NCBI GenBank assembly: GCA_963782115.1
Contig: CAWAIK010000001.1
Span: 704,001-768,000 of the forward strand
DNA from: an uncultured Verrucomicrobiae bacterium
GTDB taxonomy: Bacteria; Verrucomicrobiota; Verrucomicrobiia; Chthoniobacterales; JAFAMB01
Direction: 5' to 3'
Length of the DNA: 64,000 nucleotides
Below the pieces are notes generated by a model. That model searched no databases. It had not been told where the DNA came from and saw only the letters and a list, made by a program, of their open reading frames with translations. The translations under genes were made by a program, and so were the position numbers. This document shows positions 34,432-46,022 of this stretch, piece by piece. Numbering within the stretch: position 1 is the stretch's first letter; each line of letters begins with the position of its first letter.

Positions 34432-34869
34432 ACCGGAACTAACCTAATCACGCCAGGAAGACATCTGGATACTCGGAAGCTTGGAAAGCCCTAGATCGGG
34501 CGCAGGATCTGATTCAGGATTGAGCCCCATGTGCGGACGGTACAGACGAACCATGGTGGAGGAAGGCCTAGACCTTGAAACGTTCCAATACCTGGCGGAC
34601 TTCTGAGACCTCTGTACTTTATCTCAGCAACAAAAGTCTTTCGTCATTCGGCGGGAAAGGTAAACATCCTCTTTAGACCCTTTAATTCAATGCGGTGCAT
34701 GGCCGATATTTTTGGCTTCTCTAAATGCTTTCGAGCTGCAAGGCGATTCGGCCCTAAGCGGAACGAAGACGTGTATCTTTGTCGGAAATGGGCAAAATGA
34801 ATTCCGATCCAGCGTTCCGGTCCAGCTACTCAACACATCGATAACACCTGACTCTGAGAGGAAAAGATT

Positions 34870-35736
34870 ATGGAGGCCGAACAAGAGAGCTTTCCGGAGA
34901 GCGTCGACACCGCAAAATACGAAACCATCGAGATCGGGAATTTGCTCGATCTAATCAAGAGATTTACCGTTTCCGTGCGCCCAGACCCGTCAATCGTGTG
35001 GAGGGGACAAAGTTGCTCGGAATGGGGCCTTACACCGTCCCTCTTTCGCTCGGAGCCGAAGCGGAAAGGTTGGACGTGGCAAAGCAAAGAGGATGAGCTT
35101 CTCCGCTATTTTACAAAATCGAATGTTGGCTGGCTCAAGGAGCACTATGCCGAGTCGTTCATTGATCGTCTGGCGCTCGCCCAGCATCACAGGTTACCCA
35201 CCCGTATTTTAGACTGGACCGAGACTCCACTCATAGCCTCGTTTTTTGCATGTTTGGATGTAGCGGAGAATGCCGAAGGCCTCAGCGATGGTGCCGTTTG
35301 GCGTCTGTAAACAAATGCTGTGCGCTTTGCAGTTACCGAGGAAAGATATGAACGAAGAGAACTTCCAGATGGAACCCATACTCCGACGATTCCGGAAAAC
35401 ACGCCAAATGGCTTAAACAGAGATTTCGACACTTTTGTCTTTTACCCGCATAGGGTGCACCCCAGGCAAATAAATCAATATGCTGCGTACACTGTACACC
35501 CGAACCCCAATCTGAAAAATTCCAGTGACTTTTCCCAAATTCTGAGGCCGGAGGAAAGTCTGGTTAGATACGTATTCCCCAAGGAAATAAAACAGAACGC
35601 CTTTGCGAAGCTGTGGTCTCTCGGAATTCGCTACGAGAGCCTATTCCCCGATCCGGAGGGCGCAGCGAGGGGTGCGAAATACGTGATCGACACTGAAGAC
35701 GATTCGATTTCGACGGTCAGATTGATTGGCAGCTAG
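34870..35736 (+). pseudogene. FRG-domain protein with one in-frame TAA (35308-35310)
   Basis: WRGQS...L.PSLFR, LAQHHRLPTRILDWT.TPLIA.FFAC, R.I.Q...T and LGI.YESLFPD; both ORF halves are in the same frame. Confidence 0.85.
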
Positions 35737-36473
35737 TCCCTCGAATTTGGATCAAGCGGATGCTCGGTGTGGTGGCGAATTGCGGGAACGAATTTTGGCG
35801 TAATTTTTGACGCCTTATCAGGGGCCGGAAGCCGTCGAAGTAGGTGATCACATGTCCTGGCGTCAAGCCAATTTCCGGATTTAACCAGGTCCAAAGTTCC
35901 CATTTGCCTTCATCCAGACCTGCCGGTGTTCGCTCCGACGCTTGAATGTGCATAGCATTCGGTGGACCGTGGCACCGGCACCCTCTTTGCGTCCTGGAGA
36001 CGTCTGAATCGATGGCAAGGGGAAATCTAACCTTCAGTTTTTCCGAGCGCTACAGCGGGCGCTGAATGCGTTCAAGGGCTCCGGAGTGAAGAGTACCGGC
36101 CCCGAGTCTACCGATTTGACCGCATCCCTGATCTGTTGCTCCGCTACCTCGGTAAAACGGCCCCGCTGGGCAGTAGCCCCGAAGGATAACGAACAGATCA
36201 AGATGCATTTGCCGCTCTGATGGCACTGACTCAGCAGGGGATAAGATAGTTTGGGATATCTCGGGGAGAAGAAGACTAAGCAAAGGAATAGCCTTCCGAG
36301 ATTGGTTACAGGGAGTCCAATCTCAGCATGGAAATAACCGACCTCTCCCATATTTGTTTTCTCTCACCGTGGTTGGTTATAGGTATGACCATATGGAGTT
36401 TAAATGAGCAGGTGGGAGCCTCACACGGTTTTAAATTTGGGAAACCACTCGGTTGGGGTCATTACGACGGTTA

Positions 36474-38072
36474 GTGAATCATCTGTACTACGGAGACAAC
36501 CTTCAAATCCTTAGACAGGAGATCAAGGATGAGTCCGTTGACCTTGTGTACCTCGACCCACCTTTCAATTCACAGGGCAGTTACAACATTCTCTTCAAGA
36601 GCCCGACTGGAAAAGGATCTGAGGCACAAATTCAAGCATTTGAGGACTCCTGGCACTGGAACGACAGTGCTGAAGAGGCGTTTGATTCGGTGATGAAGAG
36701 CCGCAATGGCAACATTGCAGAGATGCTTCGAGCGTTGCGCAGTTTTCTAAAGGAGAATGACGTGATGGCCTATCTAACGATGATGGCTGCTCGTCTGTTG
36801 GAGCTTCACCGTGTGCTAAAGGCAACTGGAAGCCTCTACCTTCACTGTGACCCGACTGCGAGCCATTACCTAAAGCTCATTCTCGATGCCATCTTCGGTC
36901 CTGAGAATTTTCTAAATGAAATCATCTGGAAGAGAACGAGTGCACATAGCAGTGCTAAAAAATTTGGGCCAGTTCACGACATAATTTTTCTTTATGGGCG
37001 AGGCGAAAAGAGGACTTGGAACGAAAGCTTCCAAGCGTATGGCGAGAGGTACATTGCGAAACGCTTTAAGCGTGGCGGCAAAAGACCATGGAAAGATGCT
37101 GATTTGACTGGATGTGGAACGTCAAATGGGGAAACGGGACAAGTGTGGCGTGGTTTTGACGTGACAAAAAAAGGAAGACACTGGGCATTTCAGCCCGCCG
37201 AACTGGATAGACTCGATACCCAAGGATTGATTTATTGGCCTTTGAAAGTGGGGGGATGGCCACGCTTTATAAAGTACCTTGATGAATCAGGGGGCGTACC
37301 TCTTCAAGACGTATGGACTGATATATTCCCGATCAATTCCCAAGCTCATGAGCGGCTAGGTTATCCAACACAAAAGCCTCTGGTTTTGCTTGAGCGAATT
37401 ATCAGCGCAAGCAGCAATCCCGAGGATGTCGTGCTCGACCCATTCTGTGGCTGTGGTACTACAATTCATGCAGCTGAGAAGCTTGGACGTCCGTGGATCG
37501 GAATAGATATCACACACCTCGCAATTTCTCTGATCGAGAAACGTCTTCATGAAGCCTTCCCCGGCAGTCAATTTGAAATCGAGGGTACTCCGAAGGACAT
37601 GGGTGGTGCACGGGCTCTTTTTGCCGCCGATGCATATCAATTCCAGTGGTGGGCGGGTTCGCTTGTCGATGCCGTTCCCTTTGGTGGAAAAAAGAAGGGT
37701 GCCGACGGCGGTATTGATGGGCTCATCTATTTCAAGCCTGACGGCAAAGTTACCGAAAAGGCCATTGTATCAGTCAAAGGCGGCGAGAACGTTGGTGTGC
37801 CCATGATTCGAGATTTAGTGGGCGTCGTCCAAAGGGAAAAGGCTAAGATCGGAATCTTCATTACTTTGGCGGAACCGACGAAGCCGATGATTGTCGAGGC
37901 GGTCAAATCCGGATATTACGAGACGGAATACGGCAAGTTCCCGAAACTCCAAATTCTAACGATCCAGGAACTATTTGACGGTGCTCAACCAAAACTCCCT
38001 TGGATTGATCCGACCGCTTTTGAAAGAATCGCCAGAGAAGCCGTAGATGTCCAAACTCAGCTTGGGCTGTAA
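36474..38072 (+). CDS. N6/N4 DNA methyltransferase (beta class) with C-terminal Mrr-like restriction-endonuclease domain
   Basis: LYYGDNL, LVYLDPPF, YPTQKP, VLDPFCGCGTT, then FQWW...ADGGIDG...IVSVKGG; start assumed at GTG 36474. Confidence 0.9.
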   Translation: MNHLYYGDNLQILRQEIKDESVDLVYLDPPFNSQGSYNILFKSPTGKGSEAQIQAFEDSWHWNDSAEEAFDSVMKSRNGNIAEMLRALRSFLKENDVMAYLTMMAARLLELHRVLKATGSLYLHCDPTASHYLKLILDAIFGPENFLNEIIWKRTSAHSSAKKFGPVHDIIFLYGRGEKRTWNESFQAYGERYIAKRFKRGGKRPWKDADLTGCGTSNGETGQVWRGFDVTKKGRHWAFQPAELDRLDTQGLIYWPLKVGGWPRFIKYLDESGGVPLQDVWTDIFPINSQAHERLGYPTQKPLVLLERIISASSNPEDVVLDPFCGCGTTIHAAEKLGRPWIGIDITHLAISLIEKRLHEAFPGSQFEIEGTPKDMGGARALFAADAYQFQWWAGSLVDAVPFGGKKKGADGGIDGLIYFKPDGKVTEKAIVSVKGGENVGVPMIRDLVGVVQREKAKIGIFITLAEPTKPMIVEAVKSGYYETEYGKFPKLQILTIQELFDGAQPKLPWIDPTAFERIAREAVDVQTQLGL

Positions 38073-38261
38073 CGATACCAGTATTTTTTTTTAACGGTCA
38101 CGGCGTCGGTTGCCATTCGTAACGGGACGGATACGCATGCCTGGATAAATCAGCACCCTTGTATGCACATTTAGAAACACCATTCCATTGTGACTGCCCT
38201 TCGATGCAGCGATGAGCTGCGCAAGCAGGGTTTTGGGCGTACATTGTCCAAAAAGGTCGGA

Positions 38262-38532
38262 ATGAAAACTATCCCTGTCATCGTGGCGACAGCATACCTC
38301 GGGCTTGCATCGTGCGTTGTTGATCCAGGTGCAGGGGCCAGACTACTACAAAACCGTGTCCTGGATCACGTCAGAAGCTGTACCTGTAATTTCGTCTGAA
38401 ACGCAAGTCATCGGACAGGATGGCGACAGACTCGGAACGCTACACACCGAGATCCATCAACCCAACCGTTGGACATTCGCCCAGAGGGCTGTTCCTCGAA
38501 CCGAGAACTACGTGGAATTTCTTGCCAAATGA
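38262..38532 (+). pseudogene. Small lipoprotein, frameshifted at a G run
   Basis: MKTIPVIVATAYLGLASC lipobox; a shift near 38335 continues to ...NRWTFAQRAVPRTENYVEFLAK*. Confidence 0.5.
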
Positions 38533-38890
38533 CGGAGCCTTTACCCAATGATCGGTGACCAAATGGATCTTTTATGAACATTCATTGGGTCAGTCTATTC
38601 AGCGGCGTGGCATGTAAAGGCCTAGGCCTCTTCTCATCAATTTACTGAGGTCAAGGTCATCCTCCTTGGCGATCAGTTTTGATCACCGGCAACATCCCAC
38701 GGGGCACAGAAAACGAGATTCGGTCTATATTCGGACGAGCGTTGTTTTTCATACCTGTTCAGAACAGGTATTGATGAGAAGTCAAGCGACCGGCTTCGTC
38801 TTACAATCCGAGCTGTGGCTGAACCGTTGGACATTCGCTAAGAGGGCTGTTCCGAGAACTGAAAACTACGTGGAATTTCTTGCCAAATGA
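38464..38890 (+). repeat. 69-bp direct repeat (38464-38532, 38822-38890) encoding the same C-terminal peptide
   Basis: Both copies read NRWTFA(Q/K)RAVPRTENYVEFLAK*. Confidence 0.85.
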
Positions 38891-38943
38891 TCGCTTTGGG
38901 ATGTCTCTAGCTAGGTGGCGTCGACCCATGAGAGCGCCTCTTT

Positions 38944-39249
38944 ATGACGATAATAGAAAAGATTCTAGGATTGATAGCAGGCATCGCCTTCATTGTGGCC
39001 GTCCTCGCCGTTCAAGACGCAGGCATGGCGAGGAAAAGTCGAGATACGTATAAAGAACGGTACGAAAGCGTTAAGGATTTATTGTGGTATGTGCCAGACG
39101 AACAGTGGGGCACCTATGTAAAGGAAAGGCTCAAGAAGTACTGTAACAAGCCCTATGACACGAATGGTGCGGATGACCCGCTTTTTGCTCGTCCAGATGT
39201 GGCTTTGCCTCCAGGTCCCTGGCGATCCGCAAGCCCACCTTCGCACTAA
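38944..39249 (+). CDS. Hypothetical single-TM protein
   Basis: N-terminal hydrophobic helix, 101 aa. Confidence 0.55.
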   Translation: MTIIEKILGLIAGIAFIVAVLAVQDAGMARKSRDTYKERYESVKDLLWYVPDEQWGTYVKERLKKYCNKPYDTNGADDPLFARPDVALPPGPWRSASPPSH

Positions 39250-39305
39250 GGTGTCATAGGTTTCTATACTTTATCACGTACATTCTTGCCGGGCCGAGGA
39301 AACGG

Positions 39306-39548
39306 TCAGGCGATGCGTTTCATTAGTCTCCAGAGTTTATCATCGGTGCGTTCCCAGCCGCCCTGTCTATCCCAAGTACGAAAAGTTTGGATTCTCTGTC
39401 TTCCAGCCAGACTCCAGCAAACCAAAATCTTCCCATCTTGAGTTGGCTCAAGAACTAATCCCTTGCTGTACGTACGGCTGTACTTGCCATTTATTTTGTT
39501 TCCCACCACAGCACCCGCTGGCAGTTTTTCTACCTGATTCCTGGTCAT
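39306..39548 (-). CDS. Small hypothetical protein, SH3-like pattern
   Basis: VEKLPAGAVV...GLVL....KILVCW. Confidence 0.45.
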   Translation of the reverse strand: MTRNQVEKLPAGAVVGNKINGKYSRTYSKGLVLEPTQDGKILVCWSLAGRQRIQTFRTWDRQGGWERTDDKLWRLMKRIA

Positions 39549-39680
39549 ACGGTTTGTTTCAATCTTTCAATTTTTGCCTGAAGTTTCGCCAGCTCGGCCT
39601 GCGCTTTCGCCAATTCCTTGGGCGGACCTGAAAAGTTGCCCGAAGTGTGGTATACTGCCCTTCCGACAAGCGGCAACGAT

Positions 39681-40151
39681 ATGAAACCCTTAACGGCACT
39701 AGCACTAGCGGCCACGTTTGTAACGGCGCTGTTGCTCGTTCGCTGCGAGTCGCCATCCCCGTACCCCCCTGGAGCACACGTAATGCCAGATGGGGGATAC
39801 ACAATGCCAGCCGGTTACCCCATCCCCTATAACAATTTGAAGGTAGCATCCGTCACTGCCACTCCAGCCTATTTCCCTAAAGAGATAGAGGTTTTATCTG
39901 ACCCACCCTGGGGCCAGGATTGAGGTCAATGACGATTATGTGGGAGACGCTCCTCTCAACGTCAAGGTCACAGAGGTTAACGGAACTTTCAGCACGGCAA
40001 CCGAAATTCAGGCTTTGCCGACAGTAGCCGGTGACGAGACGCAGTTCAAATATTTTGAATCCGGCCACGTCGTGCCGTCTCGGATTCTTTTCAGATGAAC
40101 TTGGTTAAGCCCACACAATCGATAGACCTCAACGTCCACCAATCTGATTGA
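39681..40151 (+). pseudogene. PEGA-domain lipoprotein with a 1-bp frameshift
   Basis: Signal peptide ending LVRC; IEVLSDP(P)|GARIEVNDDYVGDAPL across a shift near 39908. Confidence 0.65.
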
Positions 40152-40247
40152 AAGTGTGATTCAATTGAAGCAGGCTATTTACCACCTAATCGCTGGGGCT
40201 GTAGGCGGAATGCTGCTGTTTTACGTCCCGATTGTCTTCGTTTTCTA

Positions 40248-40631
40248 TTGGACGGGTCACCCGTCGTGGTGACGGGTATGTGGAACTGGAAATTTTTCCT
40301 GATATTTGCTGCCCTGCGGCTAAACGGGGATACCCTCAATAGACTCTTTTATATTTTATCGAACCGACCCGAGAATGCTCCAGAATGGGTGAAAACTCGA
40401 TTGGGGTCACGGTTTTTGTCTGGGTTGGTTTTCCTTTGTATCGGAGCCCAGATTGCTATGGTAATCTGCCAGTTCTTCTGGTTCCCTTGGTACAATGTTA
40501 TCATCACTGACGTGACGGCATTCGTCGCCGCCTTCATACTTTATACCGTGTTTCTTTACCAACTCGGCGGCTGGGTCTGGTTGCTCTCTTACCTGTTTCT
40601 GGGCGCAGCATTTCTCGTTGCTCTGGTTTGA
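40248..40631 (+). CDS. Hypothetical multi-pass membrane protein
   Basis: Three to four hydrophobic segments; start uncertain. Confidence 0.5.
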   Translation: MDGSPVVVTGMWNWKFFLIFAALRLNGDTLNRLFYILSNRPENAPEWVKTRLGSRFLSGLVFLCIGAQIAMVICQFFWFPWYNVIITDVTAFVAAFILYTVFLYQLGGWVWLLSYLFLGAAFLVALV

Positions 40632-40750
40632 GGCGTTAGCCTGTTGCCATTTTCGCAGAGTGTTTCACCACCATTTCCTCCGGCGCTGCGTAAACAACGC
40701 CTGTGGATGTCCAGCCTATTCCGTATTGCTTGGGAGAACGAAAGTGCTCA

Positions 40751-41079
40751 TGATGCCGGTCATGACCAACGAAGAGATTGGTAGAAAGCTGGAGGACGTC
40801 GATAAGAGCTTAGACAACCAGCAGACAGAACTGGTCAGCCACTCTGACCAAATCCGAGCATTGAAGGGGAAGCACGGAAAGGAGATTGAGTCACTCCAAG
40901 GCGATATAAAGAACCTCGCAGAACTTGTCGGGTGCGTAATCCATCGTGTGAGAAATCAATCACTGATTCTCGGAATTGATAACTTACATTGGGACATGGC
41001 TCTAGCTAGCCCTGGCCAAAAAGCATGGAGTCTCACTTTCTGGAGCGAAGTCATGACTCTTTCTCCCAGGACGTACTAG
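40751..41079 (+). CDS. Hypothetical coiled-coil protein
   Basis: Heptad-like region from MTNEEIGRKLEDV; its stop is the CTAG targeted by IS5. Confidence 0.35.
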
Positions 41080-41943
41080 GGCGTGTTTGTAAATCATCTA
41101 TGTGAGGCGAAGTGTGAGCAGGATGCCAAGGCAGACGAAGCCCAGGAAAGTTTCGGCGAGTTTGTCATAGCGAGTGGCGACTCGCCGGTAGCGCTTGATT
41201 CTTTGGAAGAAGTTTTCTACTCGATGACGACGCCGGTAGAGCTTTGCGGAGAATGGTACAGTCGTAGTGCGGTTAGCGCGACCAGGAATGCAGGTTTTAA
41301 ACCCCTTAGCGGTCGCTGTCTCTCTGAGGGCGGAGCTATCATAGGCTTTGTCGCCAATAAGGGTAGAATCCTTTGGCAGGCACTCCGTGAGCTCTTCTGC
41401 CAAAGAGATGTCGGCTTCGTTCCCACTGGACAAGGCAATGACGATAGCTTGCGAGCGGGCATTGACGACAGCATGAATCTTGGTGTTTAGCCCTCCCTTG
41501 GTGCGTCCCATGGCTTGTGGAGCTTGTCCGCCGGCCGGATTGGACCCGTCAGCATGAACCTTGACGTGAGTACTGTCTACAAAGTACCACCCCGGAGCCA
41601 GCTCCGGTCCGAATTGAGTCAGCACTTTTTGTAGCGTGCCGCGGCGACACCAGCGGCGGAAATACTGGTACACAGAGTTCCAGCGGGCCTGCGGCCGATC
41701 GATAGCTCTCCAGCTACATCCTTCTGTTAGCACAAAGAGAACACTTTCAAGCACAACGTACATTGACAAAGCAGGCCGACCAGCTTTACTATCTTTATTG
41801 CCGCTCCAGGGAGTCGATTTCTATGGAAATTATAGCTTCCACTATCTTCGGCAGGAGCGCCTTCACTTTTGGTCGTATTCGCATCTTCCCTTTTACCTCC
41901 AGGTAGGCGCGTTGTCCATTAAACAGGATTTACAAACACGCCC
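41079..41943 (-). mobile_element. IS5-family element, copy 1 (865 bp)
   Basis: 17-bp IR GGGCGTGTTTGTAAATC / GATTTACAAACACGCCC with TA duplication. Transposase 41098-41769 has GCSWR, VDSTHVK.H, GRTKGGLNTKIH, GDKAYDS and RH.VENFF.RIK.YRRVATRYDK. Confidence 0.92.
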
Positions 41944-41945
41944 TA

Positions 41946-42810
41946 GGGCGTGTTTGTAAATCATCTATGTGAGGCGAAGTGTGAGCAGGATGCCAAGGCA
42001 GACGAAGCCCAGGAAAGTTTCGGCGAGTTTGTCATAGCGAGTGGCGACTCGCCGGTAGCGCTTGATTCTTTGGAAGAAGTTTTCTACTCGATGACGACGC
42101 CGGTAGAGCTTTGCGGAGAATGGTACAGTCGTAGTGCGGTTAGCGCGACCAGGAATGCAGGTTTTAAACCCCTTAGCGGTCGCTGTCTCTCTGAGGGCGG
42201 AGCTATCATAGGCTTTGTCGCCAATAAGGGTAGAATCCTTTGGCAGGCACTCCGTGAGCTCTTCTGCCAAAGAGATGTCGGCTTCGTTCCCACTGGACAA
42301 GGCAATGACGATAGCTTGCGAGCGGGCATTGACGACAGCATGAATCTTGGTGTTTAGCCCTCCCTTGGTGCGTCCCATGGCTTGTGGAGCTTGTCCGCCG
42401 GCCGGATTGGACCCGTCAGCATGAACCTTGACGTGAGTACTGTCTACAAAGTACCACCCCGGAGCCAGCTCCGGTCCGAATTGAGTCAGCACTTTTTGTA
42501 GCGTGCCGCGGCGACACCAGCGGCGGAAATACTGGTACACAGAGTTCCAGCGGGCCTGCGGCCGATCGATAGCTCTCCAGCTACATCCTTCTGTTAGCAC
42601 AAAGAGAACACTTTCAAGCACAACGTACATTGACAAAGCAGGCCGACCAGCTTTACTATCTTTATTGCCGCTCCAGGGAGTCGATTTCTATGGAAATTAT
42701 AGCTTCCACTATCTTCGGCAGGAGCGCCTTCACTTTTGGTCGTATTCGCATCTTCCCTTTTACCTCCAGGTAGGCGCGTTGTCCATTAAACAGGATTTAC
42801 AAACACGCCC
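41946..42810 (-). mobile_element. IS5-family element, copy 2, head-to-tail with copy 1
   Basis: Same ends and same translated transposase (41965-42636); separated from copy 1 by a single TA. Confidence 0.92.
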
Positions 42811-43314
42811 TAGAGACTTCGGGGTTCCAAGACCCCAGGCGAGTGCTGATCGTGGCTGAAATCGAATCCTAGAGCGTCGAATGAGGCGATAGGGACATAC
42901 TTTATCATGTACATTCTCACACTATTCATGACCGGGCAGAGATTAAAGGGAGGATAAGTCGCCCGTTGACAGCCTCTGCTAGTTCCTTTTACGTACCAGT
43001 GAATTATCGATGGACGAAGCGCAGAAAAAGCATCAAAAGGCGTGGGATTTTTTGACCGCTCAAGGCTTTTAAATAAAAAGGCGAGGTCGAGGACTATTAC
43101 ACCGACAAAATAAAGGAATGGTTGGCCCGTGCGCCGTGCGTTCGAAGCCGCCTTTCTGATGCCTGAACCCTGGCCACCGCTATTCCCGCCTCCGATCTCG
43201 TTAGGCCTCGAAGTGAATCAATCGGGCTTGAGTGGGACTTGCAGCGATCCATCGAGTGCGACGTAGTCTCGAACATGGCGAGTTGGCAGTGCTTGCGCTT
43301 TACTTAAGGCCATT

Positions 43315-43630
43315 TCACGGACGTTTTTCGAGTGCTGACGAGATGACAGCATCATCCAACGCCGCTAACAGGTTTCCGCAAGAGTCATAACACAGAAGAG
43401 GCAGAACCCAATGGAAGGCAGTGGGATCCCGGAACATTGAAAATGGCTGTTCGCCATCTTGGAGGATAGGAACGAAGGGAATTCTATAATTCGGGACTGC
43501 GGCGTGAAGCTCAAGAGGAGATGATTTTGGATTTGTTATATCGGCAATTACGAATGCGGACATTCCAGCCAACGTCATGATCGTCTCGGTAAAATCCCGG
43601 TCGGTGGGGCGGTCAAAATCAAATAGCAAA
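43315..43630 (-). pseudogene. C-terminal domain fragment of the type found on pentapeptide-repeat proteins
   Basis: FDFDRPTDRDFTETI.TLAGMS.FVIADITNPKSSPLEL...VP...IPFVPI...GE.PFSMF.D; no N-terminus. Confidence 0.6.
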
Positions 43631-43802
43631 AGGCACGATATTGTTCTAAAGTAATAGCTTCGCAAAGAGACTCAGCCAGGGCATGATCGGCGATCGTGAT
43701 CGGAAATGAGGTGCCTTGGCATGGTCGCCCAATAAATACAACTCACGAATTGTAGTTGCTTCCCCTCAAGTTTTCCGGTGGTGCGTCGAAGCTATTTGGA
43801 AA

Positions 43803-44051
43803 ATGTCTAAGTTTAGCGTCATTGTTAATGAACCCGACTGGACCATTGGCGGGCGTCCTGTGGCTATCAACCTGTTTGAAGGAGCAGATTATATAGAAGC
43901 GGCATGCTTCTTCTACCGCTACGGCACTAATCGTCGTGGCAGGTATGTGGTTCGTCTGTTGGAAGACGGTAAAGAGATCAAGGAGAAGGAGACCGGGAAA
44001 GCCCCGATGCATATCAGACTTCGGCGCATTTGGTCTCTTTGGTTTTCCTGA
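43803..44051 (+). CDS. Small hypothetical protein
   Basis: ATG ORF MSKFSVIVNEPDW..., 82 aa, no motif. Confidence 0.35.
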   Translation: MSKFSVIVNEPDWTIGGRPVAINLFEGADYIEAACFFYRYGTNRRGRYVVRLLEDGKEIKEKETGKAPMHIRLRRIWSLWFS

Positions 44052-44133
44052 AAGAAATCCCTAGGAGGCTGTTGGACCTTGTCTAGAACACGGCAACCAT
44101 CCCTGCGAATAAACATTAGAACATTAGAACATT

Positions 44134-44484
44134 ATGAAACAATTAGCCCTAGTATTAGCATTGGCCCTGACTACACTGGCAGCGCCAGCTGCACCTCCTT
44201 CTCCGGCCAGCATCTCGAACCAACAAGCCCTAGCCTACGTAACCGAATACATTCACGTTTCCTTCAAAGACCCCTACAGCGTGGTGGATTTAAGAGTTGG
44301 CAGGCCCGAATTACGTTACGCCTTGATGGGAGGCCCGATCTGGGCCATTCCATTCATGTGTAATGGTAAGAATTCCTATGGTGCCTACATTGGTCTCCAG
44401 CGTTATGAAGTATTGATCGCCCGTACCGGTCAAATCGATTGGAAACGCATCGAAATGCTCAAGAGCCTGACTACTTGGCAGTAA
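44134..44484 (+). CDS. Hypothetical secreted protein (KDPxS / NxKNSxGxY type)
   Basis: Signal peptide, FKDPYSV and NGKNSYGAYIG. Confidence 0.7.
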   Translation: MKQLALVLALALTTLAAPAAPPSPASISNQQALAYVTEYIHVSFKDPYSVVDLRVGRPELRYALMGGPIWAIPFMCNGKNSYGAYIGLQRYEVLIARTGQIDWKRIEMLKSLTTWQ

Positions 44485-45211
44485 AATGTCTGGACCCACC
44501 AATTCTTTTTAGGACGAACAACTACTGAAGTTGGAGCGGTTGCTGAACCAGCTGTTGACCGAAACTTTGGTGCGGCTGGACGTGCTGTTGGACCGCCGTG
44601 CATAATTTCACGCAAACGGCTTTTCGGTTAAGACGGCGTTTCTCGGCCCAAATAATTGCTTTTAATGGAGTGCAAATAGATGTGAGCAGGTGTTCTAGCT
44701 CGATCCGGTCGGACCCCTCGTAACGGGCTCCTGAAGAGGTTGTATTTGAGCTGATGTTCCGCCGCCTTCTCACGGCCCCAGCGAGAAAAGTCCAAGCGGA
44801 ATCCTTTGTTTGGCACCCTGGAAAACCGGAAAGGATTTTCTGACGGCGGCGGTAGCCAACGCTTGGTTCATCGACAAATGTTATTATCGTTATCAAATAG
44901 CGCAATAGTGGCGGCGCTACCGCTCGGCGGATGACCCGCACTGGAAAGTATGCGTTAAAACGGCTCGGGCTCGGCAATCAGCCCGTGGCGAGCGGGAATG
45001 GGGTCGGTAGGCTCCGCACCGGGAAACAAAAAGCCACCGTTGTCGGTGGTTTACGTTTTCGGGCGGAAGGCGAATTTCAGTTTGAACGATCTTCACAAAC
45101 CGAATTTCTCTTCCTGCATCGCCTAACCAAACGTCGAAAGTCTTATTGCCTGTGGGATTTTTGAGTGAATCCAGACGGCGGCGGAGGGCAGTTGTGTGCC
45201 GGAGCCAGTAA

Positions 45212-45769
45212 TCATTGTCCAGCGTGGCCGAGAACACGATGCAAGGTTTCCTTGTCCCTAGAGGGACAATTGGGATAGGCCAGCAAAAGCAGATCATCAA
45301 GTACCTGTCCGGCGACCAATGTAGAGTTGGCCTGACAGGCTTTGACAAAGCCTTCCGCCTCGGCCAGAAGCTTTTTAAACCTCCCCATGTTGCCATTCCT
45401 CATACTGTAACTTCGCATGGCGTCGATTAGTCTGCGAAACGCTGCCATCACCTCAATGGAATACGGAAGTTTTGGAATCCATGCGTTATCCTCTTCTTTC
45501 GATGATGGTTGTTTACCTATGACAGAACAATACACTAAGTATGCGTCAAGTTTGTCATTAGCCGCCCGTGAAAATGGCACCGGATTGGTGTTGGGCGAAA
45601 GGAAGAGAACCATGGAGACATAAATAACAAACACGAGGCTTAATGGCATAAAGGTCCATTCCCAACCGATCAAGTGGAAGATCGCCGATAGAACCAGCAA
45701 GACGATCAGTGCTCCGACTATGTGCAAAGCTTTAGCCATGGTACGCAGTGAGTTCGACCGTTTATCCAA
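45212..45769 (-). CDS. Hypothetical protein with two N-terminal TM helices
   Basis: Two hydrophobic segments followed by a helical soluble region. Confidence 0.55.
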   Translation of the reverse strand: MDKRSNSLRTMAKALHIVGALIVLLVLSAIFHLIGWEWTFMPLSLVFVIYVSMVLFLSPNTNPVPFSRAANDKLDAYLVYCSVIGKQPSSKEEDNAWIPKLPYSIEVMAAFRRLIDAMRSYSMRNGNMGRFKKLLAEAEGFVKACQANSTLVAGQVLDDLLLLAYPNCPSRDKETLHRVLGHAGQ

Positions 45770-45801
45770 AAGCTGGAGGGAAATCGATTCCGGGGCAGAT
45801 T

Positions 45802-45981
45802 TTAGAGATCCGGCCCACCAACATTCAGATCCGCCAACCGCACATTAATGCTCACAGTGCCGTCGGACCATTTTATGTTTACCCGTTGGGTATCTTTGAG
45901 GCCGATCACGTCGAACACTCGGACGACGACCCCGGTTTTATCCTTGGACCGGACTTTCTTACCGAGGAGGTCGTCACTCAT
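45802..45981 (-). CDS. Small hypothetical protein, SH3-like pattern
   Basis: LLGKKVRS..KTGVVVRV.....VNIKWSDG. Confidence 0.5.
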   Translation of the reverse strand: MSDDLLGKKVRSKDKTGVVVRVFDVIGLKDTQRVNIKWSDGTVSINVRLADLNVGGPDL

Positions 45982-46022
45982 GGCCAGATACTCCAAAACT
46001 TGGTCGCTGGGCAGAGAAAAGC

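Noticed and set aside
41083..41490. 135-aa + strand ORF repeated three times
   Set aside because: It is the antisense shadow of the IS5 transposase; the same applies to the many ORFs antisense to clpC, glgP and the RIT genes.
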